A stretch of 64,000 nt of DNA from Antedon mediterranea (taxonomy: Eukaryota; Animalia; Echinodermata): contig NC_092674.1 in assembly GCF_964355755.1 (NCBI RefSeq), forward strand, positions 16,430,001 to 16,494,000. Reading direction: 5' to 3'. How positions within the stretch are numbered: the stretch's first letter is position 1; each line of letters begins with the position of its first letter. The notes beneath the pieces were generated by a model. The model was not told the origin of the DNA. It saw nothing but the letters and a program-made list of their open reading frames with translations, and ran no database searches. Below, one piece after another: positions 62,728-64,000 of this stretch. Made by a program: the position numbers and the translations under genes.

Positions 62728-64000
62728 TCAGAGTCATTTCCAAGGCAAGAATTTTTCGAAAATCAAGTCGATGTCCATATTATTGACGGGCATTTCTTAG
62801 CAAAACTGGGAATCAGTTTATAGCGTGGTTCAACATATTAGTTAAACTAAGACACGTATTGAACATGAAATTAGGTCAATGGTTTTTATCCAGGTTCATT
62901 ACATAATGACATTACTAAATTACAACATTAACTAGATTTGAACTCGTCACTCTGAAGAGTTCGGGTTATCCGCGCAAATGCAACATGCACATACATTGAA
63001 AATATATGAATGCCGACAATTATTATGCCATTCTATGACATGAATTAAATAATGTTTACAGTGCTGAATTGTACCTATTTTATGTCATACAGCATAACAG
63101 TATTTACAGAATAAACTGTATATGATATATACAGTGTAGCATAGACGAAATTACGAGACCCATCTTTGAATCCAATTATTAACACTATGACCTCTTTAAA
63201 TTGACATATAAAGATAACTATTTTAGAAGATAATTATCTAAATAATTACATTAATAAAAATTTGAAGAATTTTGGGCATGTAAAAGGGAGATGCGCTCTC
63301 TTTTAAACACGATGAACTTTTACGAAAGAGATGAAAATGTGACTTTTTGAATTCAACTGGTTATATGATGATGTCATGACATCAGATAGACAAAATTTGT
63401 ATATGAATTCATATCTACAATTCAACAGCTTCCATAATAAGTTTTAATCACGTGGGTCATTTTTCATTCCGATGAGCTATAACAGATTGAAATATACTGT
63501 ATAGATGAAATTATGTAACTCACGTTATTATAATTTGTTAATATGATGACGTAATAAAAATTTAAATTTTTTTAACGCATGTGAAATAGAATTGATTTGA
63601 GTATTCTAGGACCTGGGTCAGATTTGTATGCATTTAATTTAGGAGAGAATATCTCAACTGTTATAGGATAATTTGACCCCAACGAACAACATGGAATGTG
63701 TGCCAAATTCGCTATCCGGGAGGAACATGCCCAAAATCGGGGTCAAAGGTTAAAAATGTGTGGTTCTTATATCTCAACAACCACTTGTCGTACAGATTTA
63801 CTTTTGGTGTCAAATTGTTCAGAATATACATATTTATATTCAGTCTAACACAACTTTTAGCGAAAAAATGATCAGAAATGCTTTTACTGACCTTTGACCC
63901 AAAAATGACCCAAAAACACATTTTCGGGTTAAATTATTCTTTAAAATGCCAATGGACGAACTGTATGGTATTAAATGAAAGCATACACAATATGCTACCC

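Overview
AT-rich, intron-rich metazoan DNA. It is probably a marine invertebrate deuterostome such as an echinoderm (inferred from gene and repeat content). Two host genes lie on the + strand: the 3' part of gamma-tubulin complex component 3 (TUBGCP3; 11 exons, 2454-34763, 5' exons outside the window) and the 5' part of an ABCC5/MRP5-like ABC transporter (7 coding exons, 53892-60186, continuing past the window). A disrupted, spliced Tudor-like/coiled-coil/BEN gene (66-1897, minus) is nested antisense in a TUBGCP3 intron. Nearly everything else is transposon-derived: a Gmr1-type Gypsy with nested insertions, BEL/Pao, Rex-Babar, CR1/L2 LINEs, Deu/Nin-domain SINEs, non-autonomous Helitrons, MITEs, Penelope fragments with minimal hammerhead ribozymes, and an IS3EU-like foldback element of 21-bp palindromic units. 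Best leads: (1) two copies of one Helitron-like family carry the same terminal hairpin with the loop in opposite orientations, like parvoviral flip/flop ends; (2) a 2.07-kb CAC...GTG element has asymmetric heptamer/spacer/nonamer-like ends; (3) the Tudor-BEN gene. All family assignments come from motif recognition by eye; no database searches were run.
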